DNA of 61,401 bases, filler included, from Sanchytrium tribonematis (taxonomy: Eukaryota), in NCBI GenBank assembly GCA_018985235.1. It is 8 parts of 8 records of this genome, joined end to end, with 100 filler letters (N's around TTAATTAATTAA, not from the genome) between each part and the next. Parts side by side here need not be neighbours in the genome. Positions count along the whole stretch, not along the records: positions 1 to 21,530 come from JADGIG010000092.1; 7 more parts are not named here. One strand, 5' to 3'. The stretch's first letter is position 1. Each line of letters starts with the position of its first letter. The position numbers and the translations under genes were made by a program. Below, piece after piece: positions 1 through 10,146 of this stretch. Under the pieces are notes generated by a model that saw only the letters and a list, made by a program, of their open reading frames with translations, did not search any database and was not told where the DNA came from.

Positions 1-464
1 AGTTTATTTAAGTTCACAGCAGCCGTTTTTTGAATCATAATTTTAATTTTTGACCGATAATCCAAGACTTGCTGAGAAGAACAAGCGATGGTATCATTTA
101 TATTATCAAGAAATGACAGCGCAAATAAATTTGCTGTCAAAAATTACTACTAAAATGAACACTTAAATTTACACATGAAAAATTAAATTGAAAAAAACAT
201 ATTGCACAGTCTCTAGAGAGATTGGGAAAACAAATCTCCTGTAATCTGTGCATTATCTAGTCGCTCTAAGTCCTATCAAAATTTATAAAAGTTTGTGAGG
301 ACTCAAGGGACTTCTTAGGTTGGAAGGGGAACAGTTTTTAATTTCCATATAAGTCGAGATTAGGAAGGAAATCTTTTTTTATCAATTAATATGCACATTG
401 AGGTCATAAATATAAATAATCACTTGTAGAAGCTGCTTGAGCCACAAAACATTTTATTTTTTGA

Positions 465-842
465 ATGGATAAAACTGCTGCAGAAAAAAACGAGCTACCT
501 GCTAATGTGGAAGATCAAAATGATACATGCTTGACTATATGCTGTTGCTGCTTGTGCTTCCCTATTGCGTTGGTAATGTGGATTTTTGGTGGAACAGGAT
601 TATTTCTTGCTCCGGCAATAGGTGGTGCAGCCGCTGCTGCAGATAAGTCAAGAAGGCAATCGTCTGCTGGTCCAAATAGTAATGAAATTATCAAGTCAGA
701 GTCGGAAGCCAATCTTGGCCCAGTTGAAATATCCAGAAGAATGTCGAGAAAAATGAGTAAAAAAGACTTTACTAGACAATCTTTAAATAGGCCCGCCACT
801 ATCAATAGACAAACAACCCTTAGTAGGCAAAGTGAGGTCTAA
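465..842 (+). CDS. Small Cys-rich membrane protein (CYSTM-like cluster followed by a hydrophobic helix)
   Basis: 125-aa ORF; CLTICCCCLCFP followed by a hydrophobic stretch; AATAAA overlaps the stop. Confidence 0.5.
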   Translation: MDKTAAEKNELPANVEDQNDTCLTICCCCLCFPIALVMWIFGGTGLFLAPAIGGAAAAADKSRRQSSAGPNSNEIIKSESEANLGPVEISRRMSRKMSKKDFTRQSLNRPATINRQTTLSRQSEV

Positions 843-851
843 TAAATCAAT

Positions 852-2190
852 TTAATCATTCATCTTCACCATTTGCATTGTTATTTCATCGAATTTAAAT
901 TTTTCCAAAACTGTTTGGTATGGCTTTGGAGTAATCTTGTAGCAAACATGAAGTGGAATATCCATTGATGTCATTTCGTCGTGATTTGACCTATATAAAG
1001 AAAAAATACCCAAGAAAATATGACAAGATTGTTCGCATCACCGCATTATGTGTTACAATCAAACAATCGCTTTGCATTCTTTCGAGCTCTATAATGACGG
1101 GCCTTAATCTTTCTATGACATCCAAATAGCTTTCGCCGCCAATATATCGATATCTCAATTTGTCTTTTTTTCTAGCCAACAACTCATCAGGAAACTTGGA
1201 ATATATTTCATCGTAAGTCATGTGCTCACATAAACCTGCATAGATTTCATTTAGGGTCTTTAGAGTTTTTATTTCAAACTTTTCAGGAAGATATTGACAT
1301 GTTTGAAAGGTCCTTTTCATTAACGAGGTCCAAACCAATAATTTGCCATTAGGATACTGATCTGCTATAAAAGCAGATACAGCCTTACCATAAGCTCTAC
1401 CTCTCATGGTCAGTTGAGGATCACCACCAATTCTGTTAGTAACATTGTATTCCGACTCACCATGTCTGGTAATCCAAATCGATCTTTCATGTATGTGGAT
1501 ATTCATTAAGTAGAATACTATTTGGGAAGGTGTGAAACCTTGAATATTGTGTGCAATAATTTTCCTGCCGACGTTAATGACTTTAACATAACTCAAATTA
1601 TTGTTTTCTTCATAATCCCCGATGGGCTGATATACCTTTTCATAATTTTCCATTCTCTGTTGGAAGTCTTTCATGGCAGCCTCTGGCTCCATGTTTATAT
1701 AATCTGGTGATCTTAATTTCATTTTCATATTCTGCTCCAAAACTTTCTTGTCTGTGCAAATTGATTCTAAAAACAAAACCGGCATCTCGTTATCATCCAA
1801 ATGCTCGAGAATCATTTTGCGCCTCTCTATTGTGGTATTAGTGGCATCGTGAATTCCCACCTTGTGTCCTGGTAGATTTAACCAATGTATCAGTTCATTT
1901 AGTGTCTCCATGGCAATTGCATCTCTTTGATTTTTGCCTTGGGAATTTGAATTGTCAAAAAAGGAAAAGTTGGAAGAAAGATTTGCATTCAATCTTCTTG
2001 TATTACCTGCATTAAAAACCTTACTGGTTGTGCCAATCCAATTTAGATAGTGCATCAATTTTTTGCTGATGTATGATTTGCCTCTTGCTGGTAGTCCACA
2101 CAAAATCACTATGAGTTTGACTTCTTCAGAGTTGATTTCTGATATGCTGTCTAGATCTGGACTTTGAAATAAATGAAGGTCCAGATTCAT
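852..2190 (-). CDS. 6-phosphofructo-2-kinase/fructose-2,6-bisphosphatase (2 exons: 2190-1010, 990-852)
   Basis: GLPARGKS, DATNTT, RHGES and GGESY motifs; splicing 991-1009 restores the conserved C-terminus (DIPLHVCYKITPKPY). Confidence 0.9.
991..1009 (-). other. 19-nt spliceosomal intron
   Basis: gtattttttctttatatag; removal gives YFLG-SNHDEM in frame. Confidence 0.9.
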
Positions 2191-2271
2191 TGTATCAAAA
2201 AATAAACAACAATGTTGTCTTCTAACAAAATCTTTTTATTAAGCCTGATTTGTATATGCCTTGAAGTAAGA

Positions 2272-2955
2272 TCAGAGTTGAATAATAAATGGATTGAAAT
2301 TAGTATGGGTATCGTAAAAGGAGATATCGTCGCGAGTCTTTAAGAATTCAGTAATATGATGAACAATTGGGCCCATTATGACAAGCCAGATAGATTTTAC
2401 ACAAAAACTAGTACAGGCTGTTAAGACAAGAGTATCGATTGGTATGGTATCAATATAAGCTATCGTATAAAACAAAAATGTGTCGAGCAATTCGCCAATG
2501 AAACTAGACACTAAAGATCTCTTCCAACCTCCTCTCCCATTCATCCATACTTTCATTTTTGCAATAATATATATATTGGCAAATTTTCCAATTAGAAACG
2601 ATAATAAAGCACCAAAAATAACTCGAATCGGTTGACTATATACATTTTCTAGCGAAATTTGATGAGGCCAGGTTTTTGCTGGAGGTAAAATTATTAAAAT
2701 ATAAGTCATTAGGTTTGTGAATAATAGCGCAAAAAATCCGTACCAGATAGCTCTTCTTCCTGCGGAATACCCATACACTTCTGTGAGAATGTCATCAAAA
2801 AAATATGACATTGGAAAAAATATTAATTTTCCTTCCATTTCAAAGGGCCCCAGTTGAATTTGCTTAGCTTCAGCTACAAAATCACTAGCAAGAAAAAGAA
2901 CAACAAAAGCAGTTATAAGAAACCGCTCGTATCGCAAGTCATTTTTAAATTTCAT
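2272..2955 (-). CDS. yhhQ: Queuosine-precursor transporter, VUT/YhhQ family
   Basis: FPMSYFFDDILTEVYGY..RRAIWYGF, RSLVSSFIGELLDTFLFY, C-terminal YDTHTNFNPF; multi-pass membrane protein. Confidence 0.88.
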   Translation of the reverse strand: MKFKNDLRYERFLITAFVVLFLASDFVAEAKQIQLGPFEMEGKLIFFPMSYFFDDILTEVYGYSAGRRAIWYGFFALLFTNLMTYILIILPPAKTWPHQISLENVYSQPIRVIFGALLSFLIGKFANIYIIAKMKVWMNGRGGWKRSLVSSFIGELLDTFLFYTIAYIDTIPIDTLVLTACTSFCVKSIWLVIMGPIVHHITEFLKTRDDISFYDTHTNFNPFIIQL

Positions 2956-3124
2956 CCGTACTCCTTTTCAAAATCGTTGTGTTCGATCTAAAATTATACT
3001 TGGTAAGAATGAAAATAAAAGAATGATACTGGATCTGGATTAATTCATTGAAATCACAGGCTGAAAAATTCAAGGAATTTCAACAAAAAGCCCCTCAGGT
3101 TTCATTTGATTTTAATTCTTATCA

Positions 3125-5363
3125 ATGAATATACCAGGAAAACCGCAAAAGCTTGACGAAAATGCTATCAAGTCTGTATTAAAAAAGAGGCCGGATCTTG
3201 TGGATTTAAAGTTGCCAACTTCTCAAGAGCTTGAAATTCTTGAAGTTTTGGGTAAAGGTAATTTTGGACAGGTTTTCAAAGCACGAGTCAAACCACCAAA
3301 TGTTCCAGAAGCTTCAATTTGTGCTATTAAAGTTGTCTTTTTAAAAGAAAGCGAATTGCGCGAGATTCTTTTGGAAGTTGATATTTTGAAGATGTGTCAG
3401 CATCCAAACATTACCCAATATTGTTGCCTATTCAGAAAAGAATTGGACTTATGGATTGCTATGGAATTGTGCGATGCTGGCGGTATGGATCATATATATC
3501 ATATTTACCCTAAACCCCTTGATGAGATACTTGTTGCAACCATTATCTACGAATCTCTTCAAGGCTTGGATTATCTGCACAGTCTATACCTAATTCACAG
3601 AGATATCAAAGCAGGAAATATTTTATTAAATACTCAAGGTCAAATAAAGCTTGCAGATTTTGGTGTCAGCGCAAAATGTAGCACTAATCACCTTGCTAAA
3701 TCGTTTATTGGAACCCCATATTGGATGGCTCCAGAGGTCATAGCTAGTGAGGAGGACCATTCTAATAAATACGGCCCAAAATGTGATGTTTGGAGTATTG
3801 GTATTACTGCCATGGAATTACTAGATAAGCAGCCTCCTTTTGCAGATATTCATCCTTTTACAGCACTAAAAATTATCTTGAAAAATGAACAACCTATCGT
3901 GCTTCAAAAGAAAAGAAGCAGACAGTGTCAAGACTTTATTAATTACTGCATTACACGAGACATCAAGCGGCGTCCAACTGCGAAAGAAGCGTTACTCCAC
4001 CCTTATATGGCTCAATGCACATCACAAGACAGAGGTGCAATCATACGAGATATGCTTAAGGCAGTTGGTAAAACAACCACTGTGCCACTCAAAAAAGACT
4101 CTTCTGAAGATGAGCTCCCAATACCAAATTTGGAACCTGTAATTTTTATTTATATAGAAGCAAGTCCATAAACCAGTGCCAACTATGCGCGTAAAAGGCG
4201 ACGTTGTCAATACAAAAGTTAGTTTTGTTGTTCAAGAAAGTGTCACTTGCGTTGATTTTTATGGTCCATATCTAATTATCGGAACAGAAACTGGTTTAAT
4301 TGTTGGTGATGCAATGGATCCTAATTTTGAATATTTCGGCTATGTCATTCCCAAGGTTGCATTTAAAGACTTATTTGTCTTGGAAGATTTTGGAGTCATG
4401 CTTGCAATTTGCGGACGAACTCAAAACGTAAGGCAATATAAATTGAGCACCTTAAAGAGACTTATACGGTACGGTATGACAGGAGACGAACAATACTTGA
4501 AAGCCAGTGACAGTCAACTCAATTTAGATCAATCATTCTTGAAAACTATGTTTACAAAATCATCTGATCAAGATTATTTTATAAAGATACCGAATAGTAG
4601 AGATACCACAATGATGCAACTAAGTAAAACAGCACAAAGCGCATTTGTTGGAATTACAAGCAAAAGTATGATAACTCTGTTAGAATGGGCCAAATCTCCT
4701 TACAATAGATTTATGAAAACAAAAAGCTTTTGGCTTCCTGAATCACCAAAATTTTTTCAGCTTATTAACAACGGCAAATATATATCTAAAATAATAATGG
4801 GATACACCAACGAAGCGAATTCGATTGACTACGAAACATCAAAAGTTACTGATATTAACGTCAATAGATCTGTATTGAAGAGTGCTAAAAAAGGGAAATG
4901 GGTCCATTACAATCAATTACCTTTTGATGATGAATTTTTCAACACTTTAAAAAAGAGAGCTCAAGAAAGTATGGAAGACAAAATTAGCGTAAAAATGCAG
5001 GCTGTTTTGAAAAGCAGTGGAGAAGGTGCTTTGAAAAGTGTGAATTGTATAGCGACTTTTGGTCAGTGTAGTTATTTTGCTAATGATAACGGGGAATTAT
5101 TAGAAAACAGCAATTTGTTTGAATGGCGAAGTGTACCGAACAAAATTGTGACTGTCAAGGACTTACTGGTAATCGGATATCTTGATGAGGGCATAGAGGT
5201 TTTTACTTGGTCTGGAAAGCCTCTTCAATTTTTTCCATTTTCAGATGACTGTAAATATAAAACAAGTTGTCAGAAAGGCAAATATCTTGTCGCGATTAGC
5301 CAGAGAAAGAAAAAGGAATGTTATATCGATTTGATCGGTGATGCAAGTAAACCACTAGCCTAA
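3125..5363 (+). CDS. STE20/germinal-centre (MAP4K-like) kinase with C-terminal CNH-like domain (exons 3125-4138, 4158-5363)
   Basis: GKGNFG, HRDIKAGN, DFG and GTPYWMAPE motifs; the second ORF resembles a CNH domain; one 19-nt intron joins them in frame. Confidence 0.85.
4139..4157 (+). other. 19-nt spliceosomal intron
   Basis: gtaatttttatttatatag; phase 0, joins NLEP to KQVHKPVPTM. Confidence 0.88.
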
Positions 5364-5415
5364 ATTATTTGAAATAAAATTGTTTTAAAGACTTTGTGGC
5401 TTGATACATTCAACA

Positions 5416-6060
5416 ATGTCCCGAAATTCAAGAAGTAGCTCAAATAATGGTAGTCAATCTATCGAAAATGATTTCCTTTTCTCTGTAGTGGCGGTTCGAA
5501 ATTACGCACCATCTTCGCCAATGGAATTAAGCCTGGAGGAAAAACAGGTTCTACATGTTCTTGAAGACAGAGACTTGTTTTATTTCTGTTATTCGCCCAC
5601 CACGAAGCAAAAAGGATTTGTGCCAAAGAATTACCTTCAAAAGAAAAAACCACTGACTGTAATTGCAGGACATTGTATTGTTGATTTTATGCCTTCATCT
5701 GAATTAGAAATGCTCTGCAAGGAAGGAGACAGGATTCTTGCGGTAGCAAAATGTGATTCAGATTATCTTTTGTGTAAAAACTTAACACGAGTCAGTAATT
5801 CAGGAAGGGTTCCTAGACTCTATCTCAATTTGGAGGGTGACCCAGATAACCTTTTACCTGTAGATGAATATAGAGATAGAAGTAGCTCAACCAACTATGA
5901 TTCACCTATACAAAGCAGATCCAGATCTAATACAAATCCATCATTGTCCAAACCAGCTTCGGAAAGAGAAGTGAAATCATTAGAAAGACTAATAAATAGA
6001 CCACGGGCTACAAGTGTTGGCAAGATGCTGCAGCTACTGTCTCCTCCCAAAGACTATTAA
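5416..6060 (+). CDS. Tandem SH3 protein (Bem1/Scd2-like N-terminus, no PX/PB1 seen)
   Basis: Two SH3-like units (AVRNY..ELSL..KGFVPKNY; IVDF..EM..GRVPRLY). Confidence 0.65.
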   Translation: MSRNSRSSSNNGSQSIENDFLFSVVAVRNYAPSSPMELSLEEKQVLHVLEDRDLFYFCYSPTTKQKGFVPKNYLQKKKPLTVIAGHCIVDFMPSSELEMLCKEGDRILAVAKCDSDYLLCKNLTRVSNSGRVPRLYLNLEGDPDNLLPVDEYRDRSSSTNYDSPIQSRSRSNTNPSLSKPASEREVKSLERLINRPRATSVGKMLQLLSPPKDY

Positions 6061-6110
6061 TAAACCTTTCAATTTCCCTTTTATTGATTTCTTTTTTTAA
6101 AACAGCTTAA

Positions 6111-7571
6111 TTGACTTTCATGGTGTGTGCTTCTGATCACTTTATTTCTTCCTTGAAGCACTTTGGAGGATATATTGATATCAAAAGAGGCAGTATGTAT
6201 TATTACCATGTACCACAATTGTCAAACAAGACTCTAATATGGACGAATGGCGGTCCGGGTTGCTCGGCACTCGAGGGAATGCTGCTCGAAAATGGGCCAT
6301 ACAAAATCAACAAAACTTCTGAGCATTATATTTTGGATAGAAACCCATTTTCTTGGGATCAATTTGCAAATATAATATATGTCGATCAGCCAATGAACAC
6401 TGGCTTCAGCAAGGGTGGCTTTGTTTCTAACCAAACTGAAGTTGCAACAGATATGGTCGAATTTGTCATTAATTTATTCAAAATATACCCTTTGTTAAAG
6501 GACAATGAATTATATATCGCTGGAGAATCATTTGCGGGACAATATATTCCATACATCACAAAGGCCCTTATAGAGAATAGCATACCTGTTAAAGGAATGA
6601 TCATTGGAAATGGTTGGATAGACCCAAGAACACAATATAGAGCTTACATTGATTTCGCAATACAGCGGAAGCTTTTAGATGGACCATACCTTAAGAATGC
6701 TGAAGACCAATACCAAACTTGTTTAAGATTATTAAACAAAATGGAAAAAATAGGGATTCCAGAATGCGAGCACATAGCCAACATTATATTTGATAATTCA
6801 CGGACTCGTACAGGGACCTGTCTAAACATGTACGACTCGAGACTTTCAGATGACAACTGCGGTGCCGATTGGCCTTATAACTTACCAAGACTTTATGAAT
6901 ACCTTCAAGATCCAAAAACAGTAGAATTGATACATGCAAATCCTGATCAAAAATGGGTGGAATGTCGAGCAGATACTGTGGGAGATCATCTAAAAGGAGA
7001 TTTAAGCAAACCATCATTTTATCTTCTTGAGGAGCTGCTTAAGAAAACAACTCTTTATTTATATTCAGGTGACATGGATTTCATATGCAATCATCTAGGT
7101 ACAGAATCATTGATTAGCAGATTGAATTGGAATGGTTACCAAGGATTTCAAAATGAGCCAGTTCCACTATATCTTGAGGAAAATGTTGTTGGTATTGTAC
7201 AAAATGAGAGAAACTTGGTATATCTCAAAATCAAAGATGGCTCGCACATGTTACCTGTCGATCAACCTGAAGTAAGCATGCATCTTATCAAGCATATCCT
7301 AGACAACTCGTTTTTAACAGGGACCTCGCATATGACAAATGTAAATACTATGAAGGATCATGTCCATGTTCATGAACACAGAGCTCCCAGCGTCTCTGGA
7401 CTAGTTGCTTTAGCTGTTATTATTGTTGGTATGAGTCTGTATCTTTTTATGAAATTTAGGGAAAAGAAAGCACAACAGTATGAATTGCAAGTAGATCCAT
7501 CAAATGAAGAAATTCCATTAGAAAACAAGGTTTTGTTCAAAACAGAGTATGAAGATCCGGAAGATGTGTAA
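6111..7571 (+). CDS. KEX1: Kex1-like serine carboxypeptidase (S10) with C-terminal TM; start uncertain (TTG 6111 or ATG 6120)
   Basis: WTNGGPGCS, GESFAG, GDMDFICN and GSHM motifs; TM helix and acidic tail. Confidence 0.85.
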   Translation: MTFMVCASDHFISSLKHFGGYIDIKRGSMYYYHVPQLSNKTLIWTNGGPGCSALEGMLLENGPYKINKTSEHYILDRNPFSWDQFANIIYVDQPMNTGFSKGGFVSNQTEVATDMVEFVINLFKIYPLLKDNELYIAGESFAGQYIPYITKALIENSIPVKGMIIGNGWIDPRTQYRAYIDFAIQRKLLDGPYLKNAEDQYQTCLRLLNKMEKIGIPECEHIANIIFDNSRTRTGTCLNMYDSRLSDDNCGADWPYNLPRLYEYLQDPKTVELIHANPDQKWVECRADTVGDHLKGDLSKPSFYLLEELLKKTTLYLYSGDMDFICNHLGTESLISRLNWNGYQGFQNEPVPLYLEENVVGIVQNERNLVYLKIKDGSHMLPVDQPEVSMHLIKHILDNSFLTGTSHMTNVNTMKDHVHVHEHRAPSVSGLVALAVIIVGMSLYLFMKFREKKAQQYELQVDPSNEEIPLENKVLFKTEYEDPEDV

Positions 7572-7638
7572 GAGGAATACCTTAAAAGTTAATAAAATCA
7601 ATCCATGTAGATTTTTCAAAACAAAGTCTCGAAAAACC

Positions 7639-8121
7639 ATGAGCGATATTTTGGAGGCTCAAAATCAATTAAACGGAGCAGCACAGCAAGATAGCTTGGA
7701 GTTATTTGAAATCGCTTTAAAAAGAAAAGCCAAGATCAATTACCAAGACGGTGTTGGCAATACCGCTCTTCATTATGCTTGTATGAGCGGAAGCATAGTC
7801 GTTTTGGAACAATTACTCAATAAAATGCCAGATAATCTGGTATACATTAAAAACATTCAAGGAAATACACCTTTGCATTGTCTAATGGATACCAAACACA
7901 GCCCTGAATTAATTGAGAAGATGACCACGCTTTTACTTAAACACAACCCTCTGATAATGTCGCGGAACAAGGACGGTATGACAGTTGTTGATTTGGCAAC
8001 TGGAGATATGAAAGAAAAGTTGCACAAAATTGCTTTGACAAAGCCAAAATCACCTGCAGGTAAGAAGAAAGGAAAAAGCACTATAGTAGATAAAAGAGAT
8101 TTGGAGTACGATAGCGAGTAA
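7639..8121 (+). CDS. Ankyrin-repeat protein
   Basis: GNTALHYA, GNTPLH and GMTVVDLA repeats; ATG 7639 preferred because it avoids overlap with KEX1. Confidence 0.75.
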   Translation: MSDILEAQNQLNGAAQQDSLELFEIALKRKAKINYQDGVGNTALHYACMSGSIVVLEQLLNKMPDNLVYIKNIQGNTPLHCLMDTKHSPELIEKMTTLLLKHNPLIMSRNKDGMTVVDLATGDMKEKLHKIALTKPKSPAGKKKGKSTIVDKRDLEYDSE

Positions 8122-8126
8122 ATGAT

Positions 8127-9251
8127 TTATATAGTCATGTAAATTTCTCCGATTAATTTAAGTGCTCGTGCTCTTCGTGCTAAAATAATTTCATCAATAT
8201 TTGGCTGATAGAGCACATTATCACATACTTGTCTCAAAACTTGCTGGACTTCGAGTCTTGAGCCTTTCCATATTGTGTCCATACTTTTTTGAGCCATTTC
8301 AGCTTGCAAAGTTCTTGCTTCTTCTTCTGAGCTGATTGCTGCTTCGCCTTTCTCAATTTGCTGAAGTTTCTGATGGCTTTTTTGCATATCAATCGCAGAT
8401 CGAACAACGCCAATAGTATCGCTAAAAACATTTGCCTTGTCCTTCAGATTAGACCATATTTTACCCAAAGCCATGCTACTTTTTTGGCTGGCTTTAACAT
8501 CATAAATATAACCAATTGCCATTAAAAGTTCTTTACCATAGTTTTCCTCTTTCAAATCTTGAGCTTCGATTAAAACAAGCTGTTTAAAAGTTTCTTCATT
8601 TGCAGGATCTTCCACAAAAATACTCAACTTTTTAAGAAGATTTTCGGTTAGCAGTTCAATGCGTTTCTTCATGGCAGCATGTTGTTCCTCTTCGGCAACC
8701 TTCTTCTGCTCTTCTGTCATATCTTGACCCATATTTTTAAATGCATTACCGATGCTTATCTCACCTATAATATTTTGGAATCTGTCACCTCCAAATTGTT
8801 GGCGAAAAAACTCACCAGGGTCCACCATTTGTTCAGATATTCCATCTTCACCGTGTTTGTCATATTTAGCTCGCATATCTGGATCGCTCAATACTTGATA
8901 AGCTTTGCTTAATAGCTTAAACTCCTCTTCTGCGATTGCTTTTTCCTCTGCAGGCAAATTTTGGGTTTTATCAGGATGGATTTTCAAACTTTTTTTATAG
9001 TACTCTTTTCTTATTGCCTCTGGTGGAGCATCTTTAGAAACTCCTAAAATTTCATAAAAGTCTCTCTTTTGTGTCTTCTGCAGTGCTTGATTTTGAGCTG
9101 AACTTGAATTTGATAACGGATTGTATACGTTCCCACAATGCCAGCATTTTACTGTATCTCCATTTTGAAGCTCCATTTTAAGCATTCCATTTGTGCTGCA
9201 CTTGGGACAATTTGTTAATTTCGGTTCGACAGAATTTATTAGTCGTGGCAT
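8127..9251 (-). CDS. DnaJ protein of the Djp1/Caj1 type (N-terminal CxxC..CxxC, J domain, DnaJ-X domain)
   Basis: HPD motif in J domain; FGGDRFQNIIGEI; RRARALKLIGEIY. Confidence 0.85.
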   Translation of the reverse strand: MPRLINSVEPKLTNCPKCSTNGMLKMELQNGDTVKCWHCGNVYNPLSNSSSAQNQALQKTQKRDFYEILGVSKDAPPEAIRKEYYKKSLKIHPDKTQNLPAEEKAIAEEEFKLLSKAYQVLSDPDMRAKYDKHGEDGISEQMVDPGEFFRQQFGGDRFQNIIGEISIGNAFKNMGQDMTEEQKKVAEEEQHAAMKKRIELLTENLLKKLSIFVEDPANEETFKQLVLIEAQDLKEENYGKELLMAIGYIYDVKASQKSSMALGKIWSNLKDKANVFSDTIGVVRSAIDMQKSHQKLQQIEKGEAAISSEEEARTLQAEMAQKSMDTIWKGSRLEVQQVLRQVCDNVLYQPNIDEIILARRARALKLIGEIYMTI

Positions 9252-9633
9252 GATGTCCCCTTTAATTTCACAAATTTTACAAATTTCTACAGTATCATAA
9301 GTAACTGCGATATTTTATTATAGTCTATTAGGCAGCTTTCTGGACCTCCTTTCCTTCATTTGCGAGCCAACTCATAGAGTAAATTAAATACTTCATCAGA
9401 ATTTCAATTTATGCAGTCAATACGCGCATTACTGGGCCTATAAGTTAAAATAATGAGGTTTCGAATCATTTTTTAAATTTATTGGCAATAAGTTTAACTT
9501 GAATCTGTCAAATTTTCAAAAAGGGGTTGCTTAATGATCGAATTTCCCCTGAAATGACTAAAATCTATTGGATTCTAGAAAGATCTCATGTGAATAAATA
9601 TCAATGACGCCTCCAAATTGAAGCCAAATTGTA

Positions 9634-9906
9634 ATGAGACCCACTGATTTAATAACATTGTCTATATTTAAATACCAGCAAGAGATAAACCAAATTGACT
9701 TGAAGAAAAGTGGAGGCCCTGATTTAAGGAAAAGGGTGATGATAAGAAGTATTCTGGACAATATGCTTAAGGAACATCCTGTCTGTTTTGCGACTAGTAT
9801 GTACGGTAAGGAAGACGCCAAAAGATTTTTAGAAGTTTTGATTAATAAGAAGATAGTAACAGAAGCCAAGGTGATCAAAGACTTCAGTTGTTCTGAATTT
9901 TTGTAG
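9634..9906 (+). CDS. Small hypothetical protein with SERTA/IER-like N-terminal helix pair
   Basis: 90-aa ORF in a wide intergenic gap; LITLSIFKYQQE..GGPDLRKRVMIRSILD. Confidence 0.45.
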   Translation: MRPTDLITLSIFKYQQEINQIDLKKSGGPDLRKRVMIRSILDNMLKEHPVCFATSMYGKEDAKRFLEVLINKKIVTEAKVIKDFSCSEFL

Positions 9907-10146
9907 ATTTTAAGACTAATTTTTCGCTTTATTAAATAAAATACATATTTATGAATTTTGCCATACAAATATACTTGTATTACGGATTGTTCTTGAATTC
10001 AAATTTTGAGGAGCATTGAATGTCGTTTATTTGAGTGTCATAGAATGCTAAATTGACTGATAATTGAATAGATGAATGATTCGCACAGAAATTTCTTGAA
10101 TTTTTGAATTTCTTGAATTTTTGAAGTTGAAAAATCACTCCTTCAA

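Noticed and set aside
2956..2968. Shine-Dalgarno-like AAGGAG 5 nt before the yhhQ ATG
   Set aside because: The same hexamer occurs in both orientations before many native eukaryotic genes, so it is better explained as the host start-proximal motif.
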